A stretch of DNA of 24,526 nt from a virus (lineage: Duplodnaviria; Caudoviricetes). Shown one piece after another: positions 17,020 to 24,524 of this stretch. The notes beneath the pieces were generated by a model. It was given only the letters and a program-made list of their open reading frames with translations, had not been told where the DNA came from and made no database searches. A program made the position numbers and the translations under genes. The stretch is taken from positions 1 through 24,526 of the IMG/VR virus record IMGVR_UViG_3300044820_000040. The stretch is one strand, 5' to 3'. Numbering within the stretch: the first letter of the stretch is position 1; every line of letters begins with the position of its first letter.

Positions 17020-18338
17020 GGATTTTAGTTATCGACAGCAACGCCTCGGCGCTCGATTGGACCATGCGCTGCATTGCGGACGGACACCAAGTAAAATGGT
17101 ATGTGCCTCCCAAGGATATAGGCCCCCGGGATTTTTATTCTCATGTGGGCAAGGGCGTCGTTGAGCGCGTGGATAACCCCCATGATTGGTATCGCTGGGC
17201 AGATTTAATTTTATTCACGGACAACACCAAACTTATCCACCTTGCGGACGCTTGGCGGAAGCAGGGCTGGCCTGTGATCGCGCCGTCTATGGAGACTGCC
17301 GCGTGGGAGCTTGACCGTGATTTAGGTACAAAAATCTTCAAAAAAGCCAAGGTAAAAACCATAGAAGGAAGGGGCTTCCATGACTACGACACTGCCATCT
17401 CCTACGTCGAAAAAGAAATGGAACGTTTTGTTTCGAAACCCAGCGGTGATGCTGACAAGGCGCTGTCCTACGTCGCCAAAAGCCCCGAGGACTTGGTTTA
17501 CATGCTCAAGCGGTGGAAGAAAAACAACAAACTCAAGGGGGACTTTATCCTCCAGAGGTTTGTCGGCGGGATAGAAATGGCTGTCGGCGGGTGGTTTGGA
17601 CCGCAGGGGTTTAACCAAGGCTGGTGTGAAAATTGGGAATTTAAAAAGCTAATGAACGATGATCTTGGCTGCGCCACGGGCGAGCAGGGGACCGTTGTCC
17701 GTTATGTGAAAAAGAGCCTGTTGGCAGAGCGGGTATTAAAACCCGTCGAGGACCAGCTTCACGCAGCGAACTATGTCGGCTATGTGGACGTGAACTGCAT
17801 CATTGATGAGGACGGAACACCGTGGCCCCTTGAATTTACCATGCGCCCCGGCTGGCCGCTTTTTAACATCCAGCAGCCCTTGCACACCGGGGACCACGCA
17901 GAGTGGCTCTACGACCTCGCAATGGGCAAAGACGCCAAGAATTTCAAGCTTAACGAAGTGGCCGTGGGTGTGGTATTATCCATTCCTGACTACCCCTATA
18001 GCCAGATCACCCGCAAGGATGTGCTAGGGGTCCCCGTGTACGGATTTGAAGAAAATGAGGACTTGCACCCATGCGAAATGATGAAGGGCATAGCCCCACA
18101 GGAGAGGGATGGGAAGATAGCGGATTTACCCTGCATGGTGACGGCAGGGGACTACGTTCTGGTGGCAACCGGGACGGGACAGACGATTTCTTCGGCGCGG
18201 GGGAAGGCTTACCGGACATTGAAGAAGCTCAAGGTTCCGAACAGTCCAATGTATCGGACGGATATTGGAAAACGCTTGCTCAAACAGTTGCCGGAACTGA
18301 CCAAGATGGGGTACGCGTCCGGGCTGGTTTACCAGTAG
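17016..18338 (+). CDS. PurD (GAR synthetase)-like ATP-grasp ligase with divergent substrate motifs
   Basis: 440 aa with PurD-like architecture: 'MRILVID', 'AAWELDRDLGTKIF', 'FVSKPSG', 'FILQRFVGGIEM', 'EFKKLMNDDLGCATGEQG', 'YVGYVDVNCII...PWPLEFTMRPGWP', 'TAGDYVLVATGTGQTISSARGKAY', 'MYRTDIG'. ATGA overlap with the upstream gene. Confidence 0.88.
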   Translation: MRILVIDSNASALDWTMRCIADGHQVKWYVPPKDIGPRDFYSHVGKGVVERVDNPHDWYRWADLILFTDNTKLIHLADAWRKQGWPVIAPSMETAAWELDRDLGTKIFKKAKVKTIEGRGFHDYDTAISYVEKEMERFVSKPSGDADKALSYVAKSPEDLVYMLKRWKKNNKLKGDFILQRFVGGIEMAVGGWFGPQGFNQGWCENWEFKKLMNDDLGCATGEQGTVVRYVKKSLLAERVLKPVEDQLHAANYVGYVDVNCIIDEDGTPWPLEFTMRPGWPLFNIQQPLHTGDHAEWLYDLAMGKDAKNFKLNEVAVGVVLSIPDYPYSQITRKDVLGVPVYGFEENEDLHPCEMMKGIAPQERDGKIADLPCMVTAGDYVLVATGTGQTISSARGKAYRTLKKLKVPNSPMYRTDIGKRLLKQLPELTKMGYASGLVYQ

Positions 18339-18610
18339 AAGTCACCACCCTTGAAAGTCTGATTGCGCCCGCTTTCCGTGTCCTCAAAGAGACTATGGAG
18401 ATCGAAATACATTTGGACGATCCCAATTACGCTCGCCTTGTTTCCGCGCGCAAGGACGCAGCCGTGGCTACGCTAAATGCCGCCCTTAAAGCGGACGAAA
18501 ACCAGTTCAAAAAGCGGAATAACGTTGTCCTCGAAAAACTGCTCGCGGAAATTCGAAAGGCCAAAGAACCTTTAACAATCGAGCAAAAGCCTCACCAAGC
18601 CGGAATATAG
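18071..18610 (+). CDS. Hypothetical protein overlapping the last 268 nt of the PurD-like gene
   Basis: GAGGA 18057-18061, 9 nt before ATG 18071. No other in-frame ATG/GTG/TTG until 18395. Acidic Gly-rich N-half in the overlap, amphipathic helical C-half beyond it. Confidence 0.65.
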   Translation: MRNDEGHSPTGEGWEDSGFTLHGDGRGLRSGGNRDGTDDFFGAGEGLPDIEEAQGSEQSNVSDGYWKTLAQTVAGTDQDGVRVRAGLPVEVTTLESLIAPAFRVLKETMEIEIHLDDPNYARLVSARKDAAVATLNAALKADENQFKKRNNVVLEKLLAEIRKAKEPLTIEQKPHQAGI

Positions 18611-19293
18611 CGGGTTGTGCCGTTGTCGTTAATCGGTATCCATTTGGTAGGGTTGCCCACCGCAGGAGCGTTTGTCAGGGTCCCCGCGTTAGCCGCCGCG
18701 CCGTTGGTCAGAGCCACAGAAGTTGTCAGAAGGGTCGTGGACCCGACAGTTACACCCGTGGACACAATTACGTTACCGCCCGTGGGCTGTAGGTTGATGT
18801 TCCCCGAAACGGTCTGGAGGGTAAGCTGGGCGTAGTTTGTTCCGCCGTTGATACCCGCGTCCGAACCTATATAGGCTTGGTTGGTGCCGCCCGATTGAAT
18901 TTTAATGAAACCGCCGAAGCCGGAAGCAACCTGAGAATTGACCGCCACTGTGCCTTGACCAACCGCGTTCGAAGCCGTCAAAACGTTGGCCGTAATAGCT
19001 GCCGGGGGTGCTGTGCCGCCGATGGACGGGGGCGAGGCCATATAGTTCGTGAAACCCGTACCAGAAACGGTGCTGGAAGCCGCCAGAGTGGTGAAAGAAG
19101 CCGCGCCGCCAGCGCCGACAGCGCCAAGGGCCGTAAGAGCCGCAGCAGCCGTAACCGCGCCTGTCCCACCTTGGGCAATGGGGAGGCCAGAAGAGCTATT
19201 CGCGCCGCCCGCCTGAGTGTTTAGCTGGTTAATCAGCCATTGGATCGCATCGTTGTCGGAGAGGTTGGCAGGGAGTGCGGGAATTACGGCCAT
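18592..19293 (-). CDS. Fibre/appendage-like virion protein
   Basis: 233 aa, A/G/T/N-rich and nearly uncharged. Fibre motif 'LPIAQGGTGAVTAAAA' and C-terminal 'GTLTNAPAVGNPTKWIPINDNGTTRYIPAW'. RBS AGGAG 6 nt before ATG. Confidence 0.75.
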   Translation of the reverse strand: MAVIPALPANLSDNDAIQWLINQLNTQAGGANSSSGLPIAQGGTGAVTAAAALTALGAVGAGGAASFTTLAASSTVSGTGFTNYMASPPSIGGTAPPAAITANVLTASNAVGQGTVAVNSQVASGFGGFIKIQSGGTNQAYIGSDAGINGGTNYAQLTLQTVSGNINLQPTGGNVIVSTGVTVGSTTLLTTSVALTNGAAANAGTLTNAPAVGNPTKWIPINDNGTTRYIPAW

Positions 19294-19595
19294 AGGTTGC
19301 TCCTGATAACGTCGAGTTTAAGTACACAGGCTTTCAATGCCTGATCTTGCTGGACAATGAATGATGCCACACAACTGTCCGTTTTACAATCGGGAACATC
19401 AGGGATTGGGACAGGGGAAAAAAGCTCAATGGGCGGGAGCAGCTTTTCCGTTTTGGTTTCCAGAACCGGAGTTTGTCCCGCGCATCCAAGCAAGAGTGTC
19501 AGCAAGGACAGGGCGAATAGGCCCGTCGCTAGATGCCGGAGAAGCCTTAATTCGGTCAAGCTGAGTTTGCGCGTTAACCGCGATCTTAAGCGCAT
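19284..19595 (-). CDS. Outer-membrane spanin (Rz1-like lipoprotein)
   Basis: RBS AAGGAG 7 nt before ATG 19595. Basic N-region, hydrophobic h-region, lipobox 'LLLG/C', Pro-rich mature part ('LLPPIELFSPVPIPDVP') and three further Cys. Starts inside the i-spanin gene. Confidence 0.85.
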   Translation of the reverse strand: MRLRSRLTRKLSLTELRLLRHLATGLFALSLLTLLLGCAGQTPVLETKTEKLLPPIELFSPVPIPDVPDCKTDSCVASFIVQQDQALKACVLKLDVIRSNLWP

Positions 19596-19845
19596 TGTCT
19601 TTCTCCTTCTGAACAGAGGCCAAGTCTCGTTTGTTCTTTTCTTGAAGGTCGGAAATAGTGCGCTCGTATTGGTCGTGCTGGACTTGCGCGTCGGCCTTTT
19701 GCTGTTTGATTATTTCTGCCTGTCCACCATAGGCTTTAATGCCGTAGATGCCGGACACAATGGCCGCTGTGAGGGCTGCGAATAAGCCGATCTTGGCCCA
19801 AGGCAACCCTCCAGCGAAACCAATGAGGTTGGTGAGGAAACCCAT
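19426..19845 (-). CDS. Inner-membrane spanin (Rz-like)
   Basis: 139 aa, N-terminal TM 'IGLFAALTAAIVSGIYGI' then coiled coil. Overlaps the lipoprotein gene by 170 nt in another frame. Confidence 0.85.
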   Translation of the reverse strand: MGFLTNLIGFAGGLPWAKIGLFAALTAAIVSGIYGIKAYGGQAEIIKQQKADAQVQHDQYERTISDLQEKNKRDLASVQKEKDNALKIAVNAQTQLDRIKASPASSDGPIRPVLADTLAWMRGTNSGSGNQNGKAAPAH

Positions 19846-20066
19846 TACTGAGCTTCCGGTTCACCGGGTTTTTCTACTTCCGGCTCGACAGCGTCCTCTT
19901 CGACCACCTTGGTAAGCTGTTCAATCGCTCCTTGGTAGGCGGCAATAACAGCGTCCACATGGTTCATCTGGGCTTGCAGAGTGGCTTTCGCCTGTTCCGC
20001 TAACGCCTTGTTTTCGGTGTTGATTTCGAGGCGCTTCTTAACTTTTTCCAACAGGGGGGAGGTCAT
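19845..20066 (-). CDS. Small coiled-coil hypothetical protein
   Basis: 73 aa, RBS TAAGGA, TAATG coupling to the i-spanin, heptad-like helix with acidic tail. Confidence 0.7.
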   Translation of the reverse strand: MTSPLLEKVKKRLEINTENKALAEQAKATLQAQMNHVDAVIAAYQGAIEQLTKVVEEDAVEPEVEKPGEPEAQ

Positions 20067-20077
20067 TTTGTTTGTCC

Positions 20078-20638
20078 TTAAGCTACACGGGTTAACATAA
20101 AGTAGGAACCAACAGCCACGGTTGTCGGGGTGGCGTTGGAGGTATTCTGAGCCGCTTGAACCAAGAGCGTACCGCCAGCGTTGACCACGAATGAGCCTTC
20201 AAAGGACAGGTAGGTGTAGGCGGCAGCCGAGTTTGAGAAGTCAGCCGCAAGAGCGGTGACGTTGGTTACTGCGTTCAAGGTTGTGCCGTTATAGTTGAAC
20301 CCGGTCAGGTTCATGGAGGTCAAGGTCAGACCACCGGAAGCAACGAAGGCAGCTTTGATACCGCCAGCCGCAGCCGCCGTACCTGTCAGCATACCCTTAA
20401 CCTGATACGTCGCGCCAGCCGCGAGAGGAATGGCCGAGAGGCCAGTGATCGAAGCCAAGGTCGTGTTCGACGTAGCCGACAAAGCCGTGGTGCAGGTGGC
20501 ATTGAGGACAGATTGAGGACCACCAGCGATATTGATGTTGGTGTTAATCAGGTTGACGAGGTTATTATATGCGTCTGTAGCGCCTTCGGCTGGCAGAACG
20601 CCATTGAAGAAGCTAAGAGGTGCGCCAGTTAAAGCCAT
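20078..20638 (-). CDS. Appendage-like virion protein with beta-sandwich (C1q/TNF-like?) domain
   Basis: 186 aa, A/T/N/G-rich with alternating beta patterns ('ATYQVKGML', 'LSFEGSFVVNAGGTLLVQAAQNTSNATPTTVAVGSYFMLTRV'). RBS GGAGA. Confidence 0.7.
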   Translation of the reverse strand: MALTGAPLSFFNGVLPAEGATDAYNNLVNLINTNINIAGGPQSVLNATCTTALSATSNTTLASITGLSAIPLAAGATYQVKGMLTGTAAAAGGIKAAFVASGGLTLTSMNLTGFNYNGTTLNAVTNVTALAADFSNSAAAYTYLSFEGSFVVNAGGTLLVQAAQNTSNATPTTVAVGSYFMLTRVA

Positions 20639-20690
20639 GAGAGTTCTCCGCGAGTGGTTTCACCGGGGAAAACCCGGACTGCCCGTTACA

Positions 20691-23573
20691 TTACTCCCCC
20701 TCTTCAGGTTTTGCAATCTTGTTTCCTTTGTCGTTCATAGGCAGGAACTCCTCGAAAGCTTCATTCACGTCAGTAAGCGCCTTATGGGTCGCGTCGATTT
20801 CCCAGCAGGACATTTTGACCGGGGACATAGCCACGACGCCCGCTGATAGAAGGGTGGACCGATTTCGCTGGAGCAGAAGCCCCGATCCCATAAGCGCAGC
20901 GCAGAACTCCGGGTATGGGATTTTAACTTTAAGGGCAAACTCACGCATGAGGGTGCTTGGGATAAAGATACGTCCGTTTTTCTTTTCGTAGCGGCCCTTC
21001 ACGGATTTGTATGCGGGTCGGTTATAAAGCTGGACAGGAACTTTGGGATTAAAAGGCCCGTCCACAATGACAAAATCAGGAGTGTGGTTACGGATAAATT
21101 CACAAGCTTGTTCTTCATAGGTGGTTTTCCCGTCTTTGTTTCTGGCGCTTTCGGCCACGACATCGAGCGCCCACTGGATGATAGCGGACGGAGTGAAATC
21201 CAACATAGGCTCCCCCGTGGTCTTGTCCGGGGTCGTTAGGATTTGTGCGGCTACCGCTACTGCCGCAATGGTCCGAAGGTTGTAGCGGTAATTATTGTCC
21301 AGTTTGAGTTTCAGCGCGAAGCTTTCTAATAGCGCCGTGGCCCTTTTTTCGAGGTCGCTCAGGTCAAAATTATTAAGCAGATGCGCGATAAAGACAGGCC
21401 CCGCCAGCCCGTAACATTTCTCGAACTCTTTGTTGAGCGTGGCCGAGTGGGTATTGAGGATATAATCGGGGACAATCAGCGGGACCTCGAAAATCCGGTT
21501 GGCTTGAGCGTGGTCGTTTGAGCTTCGTAACTGGTCCACCATAGGGCGGTTGGTTGTCCCGATTAAGATGGTTTTCCACGTTAGCGGTTCGCTGGTGCTT
21601 TTTCCCGCTTGGGTAAGACGGTTTTTGTCCCGCCCGCCTGTGAACTGCGTGACCAGCAAGCGCGTGATACCTGCATCTTCGGAACCCCATTCGTCGATAA
21701 CCACAGGGAGATTTTTAAGGATGCCAATGGATTTGAATTTCGCCGCGACACTCTCGGCTTCGGTAATTCTCAGGCTTCCGTTGACCGTTCCCCAGACGCT
21801 CTCCACTGCCGCCAGCATGGTTGATTTGCCGCGCCCGGACCCGTGGGACACGAGGGACACAATCCCGCCGCCTTCATCATTGGCAAACATCAGGTCCATC
21901 AAGGGCGCCGCGAAGGAACACAGGAACGGAAAGGCTTGGCTCTCACAGCCGGGGGTAAAAAGCTTGTTGGCAAGGCCCCGCCATTTGTTGAAATCTGCTC
22001 CGGGGGACGGGACCAGCTTGCCCGCGCGCGTTTCGAACTCTTCTGTCCCAGAGACTTCTTTCGATCCAAACTTGTAATACATTTTGCGGCCCGCGATGAA
22101 CTGCGTCCGTCCGTTCCTCCAGCCGAAAGAGCTATAGCAGGTGTCTGGTTTCTCCATTTTGAGCCTCGCGTCGATCATTTTGTTTACTAAACTTTTGAAC
22201 GGTTTTTCTGCACCGGATACGCACCGCACTCCCTTGTCTGCAAGGACAGCTTGCCAGTTGCTTCCCGTCAATTCGGAAATGTCCGCCGTGAACGACGACC
22301 AAGGCATGTGGGGCGTCCGCGTGGAGATTAAAACCGACTGGCTTCCGGCTGTGCCATTGGTTTCTTTTATGCGAATGTTGTCGATCTGGAAGGGGAACGG
22401 GCAGACCTCAACGAGAATGTATTTATGTTCGTCTGGCTCCGCTAACGGGTCTTTGATCCGCGCCATAATCGCAAGGTTGTTCCCCCACTCGAACCCGTCT
22501 GGCAACCAGAGTTTTCTGTCCACGGGCATTTCCACGGGGGGAGGGACAACCACGTCTTGTTTTTTGCCAAGTTGAATGGGGCTGGTCACGTTAAACGGAC
22601 AGCCTTTACAGCCTTCTGGGTTTAAATCCTTGAAGCGAGCGCAGGTGGTTGGTCCAGATCGGGTTCGAGCCTGTTCGAGCTTTCGTTCAGTTTCAACCTC
22701 ATTGTAAGCAGGGTGGCCTGAACTCCATTCTTGAGCCAGAGGCTCTCCATCGACGCAATGCGCCAACACACCCAGATTAGCATACCAGACAGGTTCTTCG
22801 ACCTTGCCGCCCAAATCTCTAAAGCTCTTGAGTTGTCCGCACCGTTGAACCGCCAGAACACCATAGGAAGGCTCATTAGGGGCGGCTTGTGCCAGTCCTC
22901 CCAAGAGGGATGAATTAAAGCTGTCCGATGGTATTGGGGGTAGCCCAGCCGGGTTAATTTTGCCCATAAATAGAGCGTTCGGAATAAAGTTTTGTAAGTC
23001 TCCGTCAAGGTACACCTCCTTCGGTTCTTCCGGGTTTTTCCAGTTCAGGGTTTGCGGGGGACGTAAGATAGACGAACGGTCCGCTGTCCGCGAGGCGTCC
23101 GCGTTGAGCTTATGGGAAATAGTTAGTTGTTTAAATTTATCAGCCGCCACGGTCCATTCTTTGCCGGGGATCGACTGCTCCAATGTCCACCACGCATGGA
23201 CGCCATAACCAGAACAAACAATCGTCGGGACCGGAACGCCAATGGCCAAGCAGAAAGACAGAAGCGCGTCTTTGGCCTCTTCGTACGTCGCGTATGGCTT
23301 CGCCTTTCCAACATCCAGATCGAGCCAGAAGGATTTTACAGAATGAACGTTGTCCTGCCCACGCGGTTTTTTAACCGAGAGATCGGTGAATGTGGCGCAA
23401 GCCAGATAAGAGTTCCATTGTCGCCCGTCGATGTTCCGCAACATGTGCGCCAACTCTTCGTTGGTCGAGGTGAAAAACGGATTAACCCTTTTATCTTTGA
23501 TTGCTACCGCGCACCTATGCCCTTGGCCTTCCGGTGGTAGAACGTGGTTGAGAAATTCGAGCATTGTGGACAT
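20691..23573 (-). CDS. DNA primase-helicase: AEP/RepB-like primase + Cys-rich domain + DUF927-like P-loop ATPase
   Basis: 960 aa. AEP motifs 'FWLDLDVG', 'SGYGVHAWW', 'DRSSILRPP'; Cys cluster 'RCGQL...HC...TTCARF...GCKGCP'; 'SFGW'; Walker A 'GSGRGKST'; Walker B 'VVIDE'; 'GRDKNRL'; 'WKTILIGTTN'. Confidence 0.88.
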   Translation of the reverse strand: MSTMLEFLNHVLPPEGQGHRCAVAIKDKRVNPFFTSTNEELAHMLRNIDGRQWNSYLACATFTDLSVKKPRGQDNVHSVKSFWLDLDVGKAKPYATYEEAKDALLSFCLAIGVPVPTIVCSGYGVHAWWTLEQSIPGKEWTVAADKFKQLTISHKLNADASRTADRSSILRPPQTLNWKNPEEPKEVYLDGDLQNFIPNALFMGKINPAGLPPIPSDSFNSSLLGGLAQAAPNEPSYGVLAVQRCGQLKSFRDLGGKVEEPVWYANLGVLAHCVDGEPLAQEWSSGHPAYNEVETERKLEQARTRSGPTTCARFKDLNPEGCKGCPFNVTSPIQLGKKQDVVVPPPVEMPVDRKLWLPDGFEWGNNLAIMARIKDPLAEPDEHKYILVEVCPFPFQIDNIRIKETNGTAGSQSVLISTRTPHMPWSSFTADISELTGSNWQAVLADKGVRCVSGAEKPFKSLVNKMIDARLKMEKPDTCYSSFGWRNGRTQFIAGRKMYYKFGSKEVSGTEEFETRAGKLVPSPGADFNKWRGLANKLFTPGCESQAFPFLCSFAAPLMDLMFANDEGGGIVSLVSHGSGRGKSTMLAAVESVWGTVNGSLRITEAESVAAKFKSIGILKNLPVVIDEWGSEDAGITRLLVTQFTGGRDKNRLTQAGKSTSEPLTWKTILIGTTNRPMVDQLRSSNDHAQANRIFEVPLIVPDYILNTHSATLNKEFEKCYGLAGPVFIAHLLNNFDLSDLEKRATALLESFALKLKLDNNYRYNLRTIAAVAVAAQILTTPDKTTGEPMLDFTPSAIIQWALDVVAESARNKDGKTTYEEQACEFIRNHTPDFVIVDGPFNPKVPVQLYNRPAYKSVKGRYEKKNGRIFIPSTLMREFALKVKIPYPEFCAALMGSGLLLQRNRSTLLSAGVVAMSPVKMSCWEIDATHKALTDVNEAFEEFLPMNDKGNKIAKPEEGE

Positions 23574-23829
23574 TTAGGGCTTCCAACAGGTAGGTCTTGC
23601 GTTTGAACTGAGTAACCTCTAGCGGGACAGGAAACGCCCCGTGGTCACACGCCCTCTGGATCATGCTGAGTTTCTTGCGGACCAGCATGTCCCGTGAAGG
23701 AGAGGGGATCGCGCCCCTCTCCCACGAAAGAACCGTACTGCGATTGCAGCCCAAGAGAACGGACAAATCCGAGGTGGACAGGCCGAACTGCTTTTTTAGG
23801 TGCTGCAATCGTTGCCTTACAGTCAACAT
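23515..23829 (-). CDS. XRE/Cro-like helix-turn-helix protein
   Basis: 104 aa with 'LQHLKKQFGLSTSDLSVLLGCNRSTVLSWERG'. TAATG coupling to the upstream gene; 59-nt overlap with the primase start. Confidence 0.8.
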   Translation of the reverse strand: MLTVRQRLQHLKKQFGLSTSDLSVLLGCNRSTVLSWERGAIPSPSRDMLVRKKLSMIQRACDHGAFPVPLEVTQFKRKTYLLEALNVHNARISQPRSTTGRPRA

Positions 23830-24524
23830 TAGTTAAGAACCCCTGCCAGCAAAGCGTCCAAATCTGCACTGGTTTTTGCGGGCTGGATTGGCGTTGCCTG
23901 AGCCGGAGCTTGTACGCCCGGAAGGTCAAACGTCATTTGCCCTGTAGGAGCCTCCGCTGGCTTGCCCTGTCCCGTTTGGGTAGCAGGGGCCGCTTCGGTA
24001 ACTTTCGGGCGTCCACGCCCCCGTTTTGGAGCTTCCTGAGGCATGCCCAGAGCCGCCATAGGGTCGGGTTGTTGCACCACTGGCTGTTGCTGAACCTGTT
24101 GGACAGGCCGAGGCTGGTGAGCATGCGCGGGGTGAGGGTTCGCTTGTGGCAGTTGAGCCGTTGCTGGCCTTGCCGTGTCGTTACCGTTGACCGCTTCCTT
24201 CGTTTCAGGGGCCGAGAGCCACTGATTGACAACACCCTTCTGGAAGTCGTCAGCATAGCCCGTGGGACGGAACTGAATTTTCGCGTAATCCACGTTTGGA
24301 TCAAACGAAAGCTGAAAAACAACGTGCGGGATGAAGATTTTGTTATTCGCGCAACGGGACATGATCTTGCTGAACTCCTGCAAGGACGCGCCGGGTATGC
24401 GAAGCTCAAAAACATTCCGTTCAGGGTCGTCAGCCAAAACAACCGCGATTTTTTTATAGTCCGCGCATGCTTTGGTTTTGTTGCCAAGCTCGTTAATCTT
24501 ACTGCCCCAAGCATTATGCGGACA
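23829..24524 (-). CDS. Phage replication-module protein, putative ssDNA-binding/annealing (5'-truncated by window)
   Basis: Frame is open to the window edge (CPHNAWGSKINELGNKTKACADYKKIAVVLADDPERNVFELRIPGASL...), so the track's TTG start at 24437 is artificial. Cys motif, beta-rich core, Pro/Gln linker and short terminal helix 'DLDALLAGVLN'. The function is inferred. Confidence 0.6.
   Translation of the reverse strand, partial: CPHNAWGSKINELGNKTKACADYKKIAVVLADDPERNVFELRIPGASLQEFSKIMSRCANNKIFIPHVVFQLSFDPNVDYAKIQFRPTGYADDFQKGVVNQWLSAPETKEAVNGNDTARPATAQLPQANPHPAHAHQPRPVQQVQQQPVVQQPDPMAALGMPQEAPKRGRGRPKVTEAAPATQTGQGKPAEAPTGQMTFDLPGVQAPAQATPIQPAKTSADLDALLAGVLN

Noticed and set aside
17016-18338. 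Calling this gene purD, an auxiliary purine-synthesis gene
   Set aside because: The GGREH, GPNTGGMG and RFGDPE motifs are replaced and no pur genes are nearby. The symbol is withheld pending a functional test.
18250-18340. Programmed -1 frameshift fusing the ligase to the downstream ORF
   Set aside because: No canonical X-XXY-YYZ slippery heptamer noticed near the ligase end, and an RBS plus ATG at 18071 explains the ORF more simply. Not formally excluded.
20681-20690. Another CGTTA in an intergenic region, resembling the scaffold-leader loops
   Set aside because: It is on the strand opposite to the local genes and is not in a hairpin loop. A 5-mer match is expected by chance.
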